Notes under the pieces: model-generated
Told to the model about the DNA's origin: nothing
Databases searched by the model: none
Seen by the model: the letters and a program-made list of their open reading frames with translations, nothing else
Position numbers and translations under genes: made by a program
DNA from: Massalongia carnosa
Lineage: Eukaryota
Length of the DNA: 64,000 nucleotides
NCBI GenBank assembly: GCA_965645245.1
Contig: OZ287075.1
Coordinates: 806,001-870,000, forward strand
Direction of reading: 5' to 3'
Part shown: one piece after another, positions 37,901 through 50,599 of the stretch
Position numbering within the stretch: position 1 is the first letter of the stretch
How the letters are laid out: the number at the start of each line of letters is the position of its first letter

Positions 37901-38979
37901 GAAAAGTCAAAAGAAACAGCAAAATCAAGTTATTATTCGACTTTATCCAAAATTCAATCTATGAATTCCGAAATATCACGAATATTACTTTATACGGATG
38001 GATCAAAAGTAGAATTTGCAACTTCTGCGGTCACATTCGCACCAATTATGCGAAAATGGAACAATTTTATCGATGATTTCGATCACTTTATCGAAAAAGA
38101 TTGCCTTATCCAACATCATACAATTTCGAAAAGCTGGAAATTGAGCAAACAGTCAAGCATTAAAAATGCTGAACTTCATGCGATTTTAAAGCAGTCAAAT
38201 GGGTATACAAGTTAACGAACGAGAATATATTATCGAATTTAGAAAAAACAATATGGATTTTTTCCGATAGTTTGAACGCGATAAACGAAATTCAACATTT
38301 AACAAATCATATTTATGCGAAGCAAATTCGAAAAATTGCAAAATGTTTATACGAAAACAACTATCAGATAATTCTGCAATGGATCCCTAATCATTCGAAA
38401 ATTATCGAAAATGAAATTGCAGACAAAACGGCGAAAGCAGGACACAGTCAAATCATAGCGGAGTCCTCGGCGATCACATTTGACTACTTGAAAAGTCAAA
38501 TTCATCAAAATACGCTAAACACATGGACGAATCAATGGCAACGATGCAGGTCAAAAGGCAAACATTACGAGAAATTTGACATGCAACCTGGCAAATCGAG
38601 CTTTTATCATTTGTCAAACAATTGTTCGAAAATGATATTTGCTACCATTATGCAGCTGAAATTCGGACACGGTTATTTTCGTTCATATCTATATCGATTG
38701 AAAGATTACAATTCGTCAAAATGCACGAATAGATGCAACGAACGTCAAACGCCAGAACATCTATTGTTGAACTGCAATCACTATTTTGAAGAAATTCAAA
38801 TAATGAAACAAAGTATCGATACTACAATCAATTTGAACATTTTATTCAATACCAAAATTGGAAATGACATTTTGATAAAGTTTATTGCCAAAAACAAAAT
38901 CGCTACTAGAAAATGGATACTAGGTCAGCTAGAAGACGAAATTGTCGAAACGGGAGGTTGGGGAGAGATCGAACAGTAA
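34967..38979 (+). pseudogene. B2 ORF2 (APE-RT-RNase H-CCHC) with a single frameshift near 38188
   Basis: 1082-aa ORF plus 38272-38979; SDH, FIDD, YTDGSK, AELHAI, FSDS, NEIADK, C..RCNERQTPEHLLLNC. Confidence 0.94.
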
Positions 38980-40144
38980 AATCAGAATTGATTTATGCTG
39001 AAACACTTACGAACTTTACAAAGACAAATTGTAAAATCGAAAATTCGATTACTATAGGTTGTTACTAACACGGAGTAAAAACGGGGAAAAATAGAAGATT
39101 CATAGATGGGTTATAAAGGGTTGATTTATTTGTATTATAGAAATATATCTTAAAATAGTTTAGTGTCATAACCTTAGGTTGAATACACTCAATGAATAAA
39201 TAAAAAAAAAAAAGCATAAAATGGTATATGCAGAAATTATACGTGAAATATACTGTGAATATTTGAGCTTGCGGAAGTTCCCGTAACCTTAAATGAGAAA
39301 TGAACTTCAAAAAAGTTGGTCGTCGCGACAGTTGTTGTACAGTACCGCGACAGTAGATATTTTTTGTAGATAATTCTTGTAGTAATAATTGAAGAGAATG
39401 CGACAACAGAACAGAAGAAAGTGAGAAAAAAGAGCGATTTTTGGTGATGTTGTTGGTATTTGTTGTTTTTTATAACTCCTTGAGCGCGCTTTATCACGTC
39501 GGTCGCGTGCGACCAGCAGAAAATCTCTGCTGGAGCTTTGCCTGAGCTCTGCTACACTCAATGTGAGTCCGTTTTTGTTCTGGAGGAGCTCAAATGACTG
39601 AGAAATAGAGGCTAAATTGACTGTAAAAGTTATAGATTATCAAAAGTTGCGGTACTTGTGTTTCGATCTGCGGTGAGGTGCGTCCGAGTAAAAAACATCC
39701 ATTTTAGGCTTTATCGATCTCCATTGAACGGCCGGTCAACAGATCACTGAAAAGAAGGGGAAAAACGTCTGGAATAGGATTATACCAAAGATCCTATTTC
39801 AGATTAATCAGAATAGGAAGTCTCTTATTATCTTACCTTGCCTTAGATCTATTTTTATCGCAAAAAAGCAAAAAAAAACCTTTCATTATTTTCAACTATT
39901 GTAGTTTCTGGTAAAGGGTTAAATAAGATTTACTGCCTAAGCGAGGAACGGTCTATTTTAACCCGATTAGGATTTATTTGACGAGTTATTGTCATACAAA
40001 TAGGGATAGGAAAGCAAGAGTCGTTAGACCTGTAAATTGGTGTAAATTTCTATTCTGATTAGTACGTCCGGGGAACATCAGAATAAATTATTTGGTGGTG
40101 ATAAAAGGGATATTGAAAAGGCATATCGATTTATTTATTAAATC

Positions 40145-41704
40145 ATGTTCAATCCGGTACTCCCTAGGACTCGACGAATTATATCGAGAGCCTCCCCGGG
40201 AACACCCCTGAGCACTCCTCAAAACCCTCCCCAAATGGAATCTCCGGGGCTCTCGTCAGTAGGACTTATAGAAAAATCGCCTGTACTTGACGAGCCTATG
40301 GATCAATCACATGAATATTCGTCCGCCCCGACTACGCCGACCCCAAAAGCAACCAAATTCCCATCTGGACAATTTACTACCAATCTACCCATGCCATCGT
40401 TAAATTCTAATATAGAATTAAGCCCGCCCATCAAACGTAACAAACGAAAAACATTCGACGAACGAGTAGAGGAAAGCCAAGAAGCAATCAATCGAGCACA
40501 ATCGATTGGATTACTCAAAACGGCTAAAACCGCGTTATTGAAGTCATTTGTCTTAGATCAAAATCCAGAAACAGCAATAGTCATTGATAATGTCAATTCC
40601 TTATTGACAAAAAAATCAATTAATATCAAAACAACACTAGACATGATGAATTGGAAATTGGACAAGGTAATTGATCAGACTAGTAATCGAACCTCAGAAA
40701 CAACGCGAAAATCGACTCGGGTTCAACAAGTCAATATGACTGAAAATCCAAATAAAGTCGTCAACACGAACGCACGAAAAGAAACCGCCGGGGTTACGAG
40801 TACAAAGGTCAATAACACGCCTCCATCCTGGAGTCAAATGCTTGGAATAGCAACTGCGAATTCCGAAAATTGGACCACTGTTTCCAGATCGAAAAATTCG
40901 AGTCAAACCTCGAACAAACTCGACAAAACCGACGAATTAAATGCAATCAAACTCAGACGACTGATAATTACACCAAAAATTCAAATCGGCGATATCGACT
41001 CATTGAAACTTCGAGATCAAATCAACGAGCAATTCAGCAACGCGAAGTTAGATATCGTAATCAACACGGTCGAAAAATCGAAAACCGGTCAGAATATCGT
41101 TCTCACTACTAGTTCGAAAAACACTGCTGCAGAATTGTTGGAAAACAAATCTATATGGGAACATATGTTCGATGCACAAAGAATTCGAAAAGACGAATCC
41201 TGGTTTAAAGTGATCGCACATGGAGTAAATATTGCAACGTTTGATCAAAATATGCAATTTTTGCAAAATGAAATCCAGAAATTCAACCTTAACATGGAAT
41301 TATGCGATTTACCCAGATGGCTAGCGCGAGATCGCGAAAATAAAGTTAATTCTTCGGTCGTTTTGACTTTTAACGATCGAAATCAGGCCTTAAACGCGTT
41401 AAAAGGCGTAAATATCGCGGGAAAACACTGTGACACGGAAATATTTACTTCCGTTCGTCCGAATACACAATGTATTAATTGTCAAAAATTCGGATACAAG
41501 CATTATCAGTGTCGAAACAAATCAAAATGCAATATTTGTGCACGTAATCATGAATGCATAACATGCAAATCGAAAACTGCGTGTGCACACGTTGTTGTGA
41601 AATGTGCAAACTGCAATAAAAATCATCAATCAAATAACGAACATTGTGAAATGTTTACTGCATTAAATCCACGAAAATCGGCTGACGAATTATCCGCCTT
41701 ATAA
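40145..41704 (+). CDS. B1 ORF1, gag-like zinc-knuckle protein
   Basis: Open 519-aa ORF; 5-codon deletion in the second knuckle relative to the other B1 copy. Confidence 0.88.
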   Translation: MFNPVLPRTRRIISRASPGTPLSTPQNPPQMESPGLSSVGLIEKSPVLDEPMDQSHEYSSAPTTPTPKATKFPSGQFTTNLPMPSLNSNIELSPPIKRNKRKTFDERVEESQEAINRAQSIGLLKTAKTALLKSFVLDQNPETAIVIDNVNSLLTKKSINIKTTLDMMNWKLDKVIDQTSNRTSETTRKSTRVQQVNMTENPNKVVNTNARKETAGVTSTKVNNTPPSWSQMLGIATANSENWTTVSRSKNSSQTSNKLDKTDELNAIKLRRLIITPKIQIGDIDSLKLRDQINEQFSNAKLDIVINTVEKSKTGQNIVLTTSSKNTAAELLENKSIWEHMFDAQRIRKDESWFKVIAHGVNIATFDQNMQFLQNEIQKFNLNMELCDLPRWLARDRENKVNSSVVLTFNDRNQALNALKGVNIAGKHCDTEIFTSVRPNTQCINCQKFGYKHYQCRNKSKCNICARNHECITCKSKTACAHVVVKCANCNKNHQSNNEHCEMFTALNPRKSADELSAL

Positions 41705-44700
41705 TGGCAGGACAGCATTCGTTGGCAAATATAGAAAATACTCACAATGTCAAATTTATTCAACACAACTGTGGAAGGTCAACGAATGCAATGATTTCGT
41801 GTTTGGAATATGCTTTATCAAATCAAATTGATATTGTTTTGTTTCAGGAACCATGGACACGAGATCAAAAAACAATATCACATCCGTCATTTACATGCAT
41901 TATGCCGAAAATAGCAACTTATCGCTCGAGAGTAGCTATATTTGTCACAAAATGCAATCCCAAACTGCAATGCACGCCTAGAACGGATCTTATTGACGAT
42001 TCCGATATGCAAATTATTGAAATTACAATTGATGAAGTTCGAAAAGTGCAGATTTTCAATATTTATAACGAAAAAAGTCAAAATGATCGAGAAACATACA
42101 CGATCGATCGACTTTTAATCAAATATCAACCTACATCAACTAATCAATTCATCATATGTGGAGATTTCAATGCACATCATAACTGGTGGAATTCGAAAAT
42201 TCAACATGCAATTCGATCAGAAAATTTAGTCAAATGGTTGAAAATAAACAAATGTAGTTTGATAAACACACCTGATTTATGCACGTTCTACGCCCATTCT
42301 GGAAATTCATCATCTGTTATTGATTTAACATTTGCAAATTCCAAAATCGAAAATGCAATTACAAACTGGGCAATCGATGAAAACGCAGTCACAGGTTCAG
42401 ATCATGAAGTCATCCGATTTGAACTAATCGCATCTTTCAAGAATTTGACGTCACATGCAACCGCATTATCGAATAAATACAATTGTAATAAAGCCGATTG
42501 GAATAAATTCGCGAAGTTTCTAGACGAAAATTCAATCAACTAACGAATCAAAAGTTCAAAGTTTATTGAATAATCATCAATTCGACGAATCAGCGATACA
42601 TTTGCAAAAAATTATCAAAAACGCGGCTGAAATGTTTATTCCGAAAACAAAAATATGTGCAAAATCGAAAAATTGGTGGTCGCAAGATTTAACCGAACTT
42701 CGAAAAATCATGTGCAGGCATCGTCGAGAATGGAAGAATTATCCGTCCGATTTTAGTCATCGGACGTTTAAACATAGTCGAATTGAGTATTTTCATGCAA
42801 TTCGAAAAGCAAAACAACAAACCTGGTTGACTTTTCTAGAAAATGCAGCGAATAAAGACGTGTTTACCGCGTATAAATATACTAAACCGCGCATATTCGA
42901 AAAAATACCGCCGATTCTACATGAAAATAAGCTTAATGTTCAGTTTGATGACAAGTGCGATGCGTTTGTGTCAGCAATGTACACAAAAAACCCATTTATA
43001 GACGATAATGTCGAAGATTTACCAAATCAAGACAGCGAAAATGATGATAATTGGCCAGATTTGACCGAAAACGAGCTGCAAAATGCGATTAATTTATTTA
43101 ATCCGAAGAAAGCATGTGGACCTGATGCAATCAATTATACAATTGTTCAAAAATCGTTTCAATCGTTGAAAAACGTGTTTTTCATGATTTATTCGAAATT
43201 CATTCGAATCGGTTATCACCCGTTATGCTGGCGGACAGGAGTCGGTGCAGTTCTGAAAAAACCTAATAAATCAGACTATTCGCTACCAAAATCATATCGA
43301 ATTATCACATTACTAAATTGTCTTGGTAAAATTGCTGAGAAAATCGTTGCAAATCGACTAGCCTACTTCAGCGAAAATTCGAATTTACTAGATATCGAAC
43401 AGATGGGCGGACGCAAAAATCATTCTGCAATTGACGCAGTAATAAACGTCGTTCATGATATCAAAATTGCGAATCGAAATAAAAGCGTTTCATCCTGTTT
43501 ATTACTCGATGTCAAAGGCGCATTTGACTTTGTCTCGATTAATCAACTGCTAAATGTCATGAAAAAGCTGAAATTATCTCGCATAATAATTCAATGGGTC
43601 AAGCATTTCATGACAAAACGATCGATCAATTTGATATTCGATGGAAACAAAAGCAAAACATATTATGTCGAATCAGGAATTCCACAAGGTTCACCAATCT
43701 CGCCTATTCTATTTCTGATTTACATTCGTCACTTGTTTCCGAAAATACGAATGAAATTTAATGCACATTTTCCCAGTTTTATTGACGATGTTGCAATATA
43801 TGTCGAAAATAAAACTGCAAAACAAAATTGCAAAGAAATCGAAATCATAGTCAAAACAGCTTTTGATTGGGCCGCATCGAATAATGTCAAATTTGATGAC
43901 TATAAATCCGAGCTGATTCACTTCGAAAAGACAAGAAATGTATCGAAAGACACATTGGAATTACCAAACGGGACAGTACTAGAACCGAAAAATGTAGTCA
44001 AATGGTTGGGCGTCTGGTTAGACCGGAAACTGAATTTCAAAAAACACGTCGAAACGCGAATCTCTTCTGCGAATCGATCGTTTTTTGCAATTCAGAATTT
44101 GATGAAATCCGAATGGGGTCTGAAACCGACCGCATGCAGACAGCTCTATTTGTCATGCATTATTCCTATTTCGGACTATGGCTCAGAAATTTGGTATAAT
44201 CGTCCAAAGAAATATGAAAAACTATTTCAGAACCTACAAAATCGAATGATTCGAAAGATTTTAGGAACTTTCAAAACCACACCTATTCAGGCGATGGAAA
44301 TTGAATCACATGTTTTACCAGTTAAACTTCGATTATTAATGAAAAATAAAAAATACGCAATTCGATTTTTGAAGATTGCCGAAAATAACCCTATTTGTCA
44401 AAGAATTCCAAATACATATTCTATAAAATTCGAAAACATCGGTTTTGACACTAGTTTATGGAACAACAAATATGCCGAATGGAACGAAGACGAAAAACAA
44501 ACAAATAAACGACATCCTAGTCAGCTCATTCGCGTTCTTCATTCCGTTTCCGACATAGTTCACAAAACTGATGAGTTTGAACAATAAAATCATTTTATTA
44601 AACCTTGGAAATCGCCGTGCAAAATCGAATTTCAAATCGAAAATACAAAGGAATCTGCTAAATCAAGTTATTATTCAACCTTATCCAAAATTCAATCAAT

Positions 44701-45718
44701 GAACTCCGATAAATCCCGAGTTTTACTTTATACGGATGGATCAAAAATCGAATTTGCAACGTCTGCAGTCACATTTGCGCCAATTATGAGGAATTGGAGT
44801 AGTATTATCAATAATTTTGATCGATTTATCGAAAAAGATTGTCTGATCAAGTATCATACGATTTCGAAAAGCTGGAAATTAAGCAAACAGTCAAGCATTA
44901 AAAATGCTGAACTGCATGCACTTTTACAAGCAATGAAATGGGTCTATAAATTGTCTAATACTAATATTTTATCGAACTTGGAAAAAACGATTTGGATTTT
45001 TTCTGATAGTATAAACGCGATAAACGAAATTCAGAACTTGAAAAATCATATTTTCGCAAGACAAATTCGAAAGCTCGCAAAACGCTTATTTGAAAGCAAT
45101 TATCAGGTGATTTTGCAATGGGTTCCGAGTCATTCGAATATTACCGAAAACGAAATTGCAGACAAAATAGCAAAGACGGGCCATAATCAAATCCTAGTCG
45201 AGTCCTCGGCTATAACATTTGATTATGTAAAAGATCAAATAAATCAAAATATGCTAACCACATGGACGAATCAATGGCAACAATGCAAATCAAAAGGCAA
45301 ATACTACGAGAAATTCGAAATGAAACCTGGCATATCGAGATTTTATTATTTATCAAACAACTGTTCCAAATTGATATTTGCTACTATTATGCAATTAAAA
45401 TTCGGACACGGCTATTTTCGATCATATTTACATCGATTGAAAGATTATAATTCGTCAAAATGCTCAAATCGATGCAATCAACGACAAACGCCAGAACACT
45501 TGTTATTGAATTGCATTCACTATTTCGATGAAATTCAAAACATGAAACAAACCATCGATACTACGATCAACTTGAATATGTTGTTTAATACAAAAATCGG
45601 AAATGACATTTTGATTAAATTCATTGTCAATAACAAAATCGCGACTAGAAAATGGATACTAGGTCAGCTTGATGACGATATTTTCGAAACTGGAGGTTGG
45701 GGAGAGATCGAACAGTAA
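41704..45718 (+). pseudogene. B1 ORF2 with a frameshift (~42542) and a stop (44585)
   Basis: ORFs 41704-42543, 42566-44587 and 44699-45718. Confidence 0.93.
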
Positions 45719-45954
45719 AATCAGAAACGATTTATGCTGAAACAGTTACGAACTTACAAAGATAAATTGTAAAATCGATAATTTTCGATTACTATAGGTT
45801 GTTACTAACACGGAGTAAAAATGGGGAAAAATTGACGATACATAGATGTGTTATAAAGGGTTGATTTATTTATAATATAGAAACATATCCTAAAATAGTT
45901 TAGTGTCATAACCTTAGTTTGAATACACTTAATGAATAAATAAAAAATAAAAAA

Positions 45955-46190
45955 TCCCAGTCGTAGGCTTGGATAGTGGAGACGTTGAGATTGGATTCGG
46001 GATATAGGAGTTTGGGAGTGCACTGAAGACAGCAGAAGAACGTCTGAACACATAGAGCGAGGTTTCAGGATAGTTCGGAATAACGGGCCACCGTTCTATT
46101 CAATATGCAGGGCAGGTTTCACGGCAAGAGAGCCTGTTAAATACTAACCCGATCAGGAAACGTGGGAGGGTGCGAGGTAATTGCATGACA
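45955..46190. repeat. Possible LTR remnant
   Basis: Ends in CATGACA like other LTRs here; no second copy in the window. Confidence 0.3.
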
Positions 46191-46839
46191 ATTAGCTACT
46201 TCACCAAATTCTGATGTGTAGTCCAATTCTGTTGCTTAATATTTTTTTACTGCGTAGTTTCTGCGTTTAAAGTTCGGCATAACATTTTACAAACGGGTGT
46301 ACAAAGCGATTGAACTCGCGAAGTCAAAAAGGTTCTCGAATCTCGATTGAATGATTATAGACAAGTCAATCTCAATATTTTTGATCGTAAATAAGGGAGT
46401 AATACATGACTTTGCCGAATATTAAATTGCTAACACGGTAAAAATGAATCAATATTTAACGAATAAGCTAATATTAGGTAGGATTACTATAAGAATAATA
46501 ATATACAAAAATTGCAGCTCGTAAAAATATCAAGGTTGGCCTAGGAATAAAAACGGCAAATAGATTAATTATTTGAGTTTGTAAACGTAACCATATATCG
46601 TGAAGTTTTTCTTATTTTGTCAAAATTGTTTGATTCATTAGAGATAAGTTTATCGTTAAATGATTAATATCATCTGACTTTTTTACTTTGATATCGTATC
46701 GTAAACTTTATAAAATTATAAAACCTATATATTTTTACTAGATTAGTAAATTGTTAAAAGCAGAACTGAGCAACTATCATAAAAACTATCATAAAAGTGT
46801 TAAATATTTTCAAAATAAAAATTGAAGAGATAATCTATT

Positions 46840-46937
46840 CAACGGGTTGAACTGGTTACCCAATAGGGTTTGCAATTGGGTTGGGTTATTAGCGGGTCGG
46901 TTTAGACATTCTTGAACCCCACCCGTTGCGCGGCGTA
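46840..46937. mobile_element. Terminal part of a hAT-like DNA element
   Basis: Ends ACCCGTTGCGCGGCGTA exactly as at 51869-51885, with GGGTT/AACCC subterminal motifs. Confidence 0.6.
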
Positions 46938-47505
46938 TCTCTAGGAGTCTATATAAATAATCGCTTTGCCCAATCCAGCTGCTTGTGTCTCTATCAATAA
47001 GCGAACAGTTTAGTCAAAAAGTCTTTCTACCTTTTGTCCCTTTTATCCATTTGTGTTTACTTTAGAAGGTTGTTCCGATGCGTTCCTTTCAGTCCTTTTA
47101 GACCTCCGTCCATTACCCCTATGATTGCTAAAAGGGTTGAGTAACGGAAGCGGTAAGTACGCCGGCAGATGCCGTACTTTTCCTTTGATTAACCTTGGGT
47201 AGATGTGGTTGAAAAATGACAAAGTAGAGCATATGACAATTATTTTATCGGCAAAGAAAATCCCATGACAACGTTTATTGATAATCGAATTCAAATTAAT
47301 AATTATAAACAACGAATTCTCAACTATAAATGTATTAAGAAAAGAAAATATCATAACGTTAAAAAACGAAAATCTGAACGTCATAATTCTTGTCAACAAT
47401 TTTGTCTTACACGTTAAAATTAAACATATGATCATTCAATATCACTTTATTCGAAACAAGATTCTCGAAAAACGAATCGATTTGATTCATATCTCAACCA
47501 AATAT

Positions 47506-50394
47506 TAAAGAAGGGTAGTCGTGCGTGCTAATAGAAGGTGGTGGTACGTGATAATAGATGGCAAACTGAGTAGTAAACAAACACATACACAAATATCTGA
47601 ATGGACCTACGACTGCATAGATATGACGACTGAACGACTAGTTGATGCACGAAATGAACGTGTGTCGATGACTACGTGACACGATGATGATGATGACAGC
47701 GTAGGTGATAGAAGATGATGTCCGGAGATGATGAAGAAAACGCAAGCAAAAAACCCGTTTTATCCCCACACAGGCCTGCCATGTCACCTGACCATAGATG
47801 ACACATGTCGCCCCACTATATAGCCTCACACCCTAAAGATGCCGTCCCCTAGCATCTGTCAACACTTCGCCAGCTCACCTCTCTTGACCAATCAGACCTC
47901 GTTTCTGAGCCCTCGCCTCGCCTCTAGTCTGTCCGCCTCACTAGTTTGCCCTGCGGGCCAATCACAGCTCACATGATCACGTCAAATGTGAAAAACACGA
48001 CTCATATCGACCCCTATCCGCTGCTGAATAGCTTCCATCATCGTCACTATTGCCTGCCAGCCCTCGGGGGTAGACACGAACTGAATAAATCGTATTTGAC
48101 TGACTGATGGGTCTGTTGACGGTGATTCGGACGACTGCATGGAGTTAGCCTGAGGCGGAATAAACGTACCGCTCGCCCGATAGGCCTCAAATATTGACGA
48201 CGTGACCGTTTCAGGTAATGACAAGGCATCAGCCGGTGGTGCAGCTGGTAGTGCTGACGATAACGACCTAGGTGCTGACGGTGCTGGTGCTGACACTGAC
48301 TGATTAGATAGGCCGGGCCTGTCAAATAGAGTGGAACAATATGAAGCCGGAGGTGCAGGTAGTGTCCAGCGTATACGTTTTGCACGTCTAGCCTGTGCAT
48401 GCCTAGCTCGGTCTGACTGCCATGGCCCTGACCTACATGGAGGTGGAAACGACCTCACCCGATTGGCTGACACGATTGCACTAGCTGATGACCGTGCGAG
48501 AATTTCTTTCACTTTTGTCAGCAAATCGGTCAAAATCTCTCGACCCACAACAGTGTGCAGCAATATTTTCGTGTTATCAGCACCTGCTAGTTGATTTAGG
48601 GCTTCCGAAAGGGGAAGGCTGGACAGTCGACACATAGGAACTATCCAGGTAGAGGCCTGCAAATATAAAAACAGTAGTGCTCGAGGAGAGATAGATGACT
48701 GAATGATCGGCAAAGTAGACAGATATTCATCGACATTTGACGAAAAAAAGGTCACTAATTGAATGAATGATGACGCTTAATGTGTTGAACGTGCTGAACG
48801 AAAAGATGACGCTGAACGGGACGGTGATGCTGAACGAGAAGGTGCTAAATAGTCGTCAATTTCGACGTAGCTGATGTCCGGAAGACGTCCGGCCATAGCT
48901 AGCTCCACATTAACCTCAGAGGCTGAATGAAATGATGTTGATTTTGGCCTTTCCGGCCCCTTTTTTGATAACTCAATGACTGACTAAGAGTCAGCAGACG
49001 CAGTGGCAGTAGACGCAGCGAACTCAGTAGTCGTCCTTTCCTCAGCCCGCGCTAGCTCAGTGCTAGAACCAGGTGCTGAACGTAAAATTGCTGATTTTGG
49101 CCCTTCCGGCCCACGTGTAGATGACTCAATTGCTGACTCAGTGTCAGCTGACTCGATTGTGGTGATGACAGGTGCCGAAGACACGGCAGAACGAAAAGCG
49201 GTGACGGGTGACGGTGGGGCGGTGGACGGTGCAGACATGAACGGTGCAGACATGAACGGTGCAGACATAGTGACCGGTGGTGACACGGCGACTGCTGTAC
49301 AAATAGGCAGCCATTCTGGACAGTTTGTATGGGCCACATAGGCCTTTTATGCCCTATATTTCGCGAACAATTCCTCCATGCTCATGTATGACCTTGTTGA
49401 TGCAATCGAGGCAGTTGATGATGACACTGACGGTGCTGATAAACTGATAGACGATGCCCTCGACACGGAGATAGACTGCCTATTTTGCTGTCGCTTTCTC
49501 GGCAGATGATGACGTTGTCGCTTGTTCAGAGGTGAATTTGTAGATGAAGGTGAAGGTGAAGATGAAGGTGAACTAGTGATAGACGTGAACGACTCGAACG
49601 ACTCGGACGACTCGCAGGTCGAAACGGAGGCTCTTTTGCTAGGCCTGCCACGTTTCGTTCATCTTCGCTGACGTGCTTGTTTCACTGATAACGGATTAGC
49701 TACAGTCAAACTAGTCCTGTAGGTCACGGTCGCATAATTGGCCCAAAAGCAGAAGGTGCAGCAGGAGATCATGGCCATCAGTGCAGTGAATAGAACGACT
49801 AGCCATTCCCAGAAATGGACGTCTGGAACGCATGCAGTCGGTGAAACGGTAACGGTAGCGGTAGCGGAGGTCGAAAAGGTGAAAAAGCTGATGGGGGCCG
49901 TAATGCTTGATTTGATGTGGGAGGACTCGATCGTGCACGGTCGGTAGTGGAGTAGTCAGAGTGATCAGAGGTGCAAAACAAGGAGGTTTTTCGACGTTTG
50001 ATGCTCAGTTCAACCGCTCAATTGCACCAGTACAATCATATATCACACCGTGGTCGCCAATGAAGAATGGTAGTCGGGCGTGCTAATGGAAGGTGGTAGT
50101 ACGTGATGATAGATAGCGAACTGAGCAGTAAACAAATACACACACACACGTCTGAATAGTCCTACGACTGCATAGACATGAAAAGAACTCGAGGATTGAA
50201 CGACTGAACGACTAGTTGATGTACGAAATAAACGTGTGTCGATGACTACGTGACACGACGATAATGATAACTGCGCAGGTGATAGAAGATGATGTCCGGA
50301 GATCATGAAGAAAACGCCAGCAAAAAACCCGTTTTATCCCCACACAGGCCTGCCATGTCACCTGACCATAGATGACACATGTCTCCCCACCACA
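47506..50394 (-). mobile_element. 2.9-kb non-autonomous LTR element without recognisable gag/pol
   Basis: LTRs at 47506-47820 and 50061-50394. 4-bp TSD ATAT at 47502-47505 and 50395-50398. tRNA-type PBS TGGCGACCACGG on minus at 50059-50048. Confidence 0.88.
47982..49955 (-). pseudogene. ~650-codon frame of unknown product (predicted TM segment, KRGRP motif, Ser/Pro-rich) with four in-frame stops
   Basis: ORFs 47982-48755 and 48984-49337 share a frame that continues to ~49955 without frameshift. Stops at 49659, 49347, 48984 and 48777. Start codon not identified. Confidence 0.65.
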
Positions 50395-50599
50395 ATATAC
50401 GATAAAAAACGAATTGACCAAGTCTTTTAGTAATATTAAGATTTTCTCGTTTGTTAAACAATTATATATGAATAACAACTCAATCACAATTAAATCTACA
50501 GGTAAAACAAGTATTGACAGAACTTGAATGAAAATATTAAATGTTCAGCTTTTATTAATATACGCCACGCAACCGGTCGGGTTTTGACTAGCTGAACCC

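Larger units (their letters stand above)
32923..39213 (+). mobile_element. Near full-length family B (B2) LINE
   Basis: 5' UTR, ORF1, ORF2, 3' UTR, and poly(A) at about 39202-39213. Confidence 0.94.
39214..45954 (+). mobile_element. Full-length family B (B1) LINE with ~930-nt leader
   Basis: Leader 39214-40144, ORF1, ORF2 and an A-rich tail to 45954. Confidence 0.94.
47278..50430 (+). pseudogene. Heavily mutated Ty1/Copia RNase H fragment, split by the LTR element at 47506-50394
   Basis: HVKIKHMIIQYHFIRNKI..KRIDL.HIST resembles the Copia HxRTKHIDIxYHFIR motif. It continues after 50398 as TIKNELTK (compare MIADGLTK). Confidence 0.75.

Noticed and set aside
39935..40010. Possible HDV-like ribozyme at the conserved LINE 5' UTR boundary
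   Set aside because: Hairpins are present, but I could not build the nested double pseudoknot or place the catalytic C in all copies.
25230..46195. Idea that one solo LTR was split by the whole 20.7-kb LINE block (ATTGG/ATTAG as TSD)
   Set aside because: The left terminus does not match the right terminal inverted repeat; needs an empty-site comparison.
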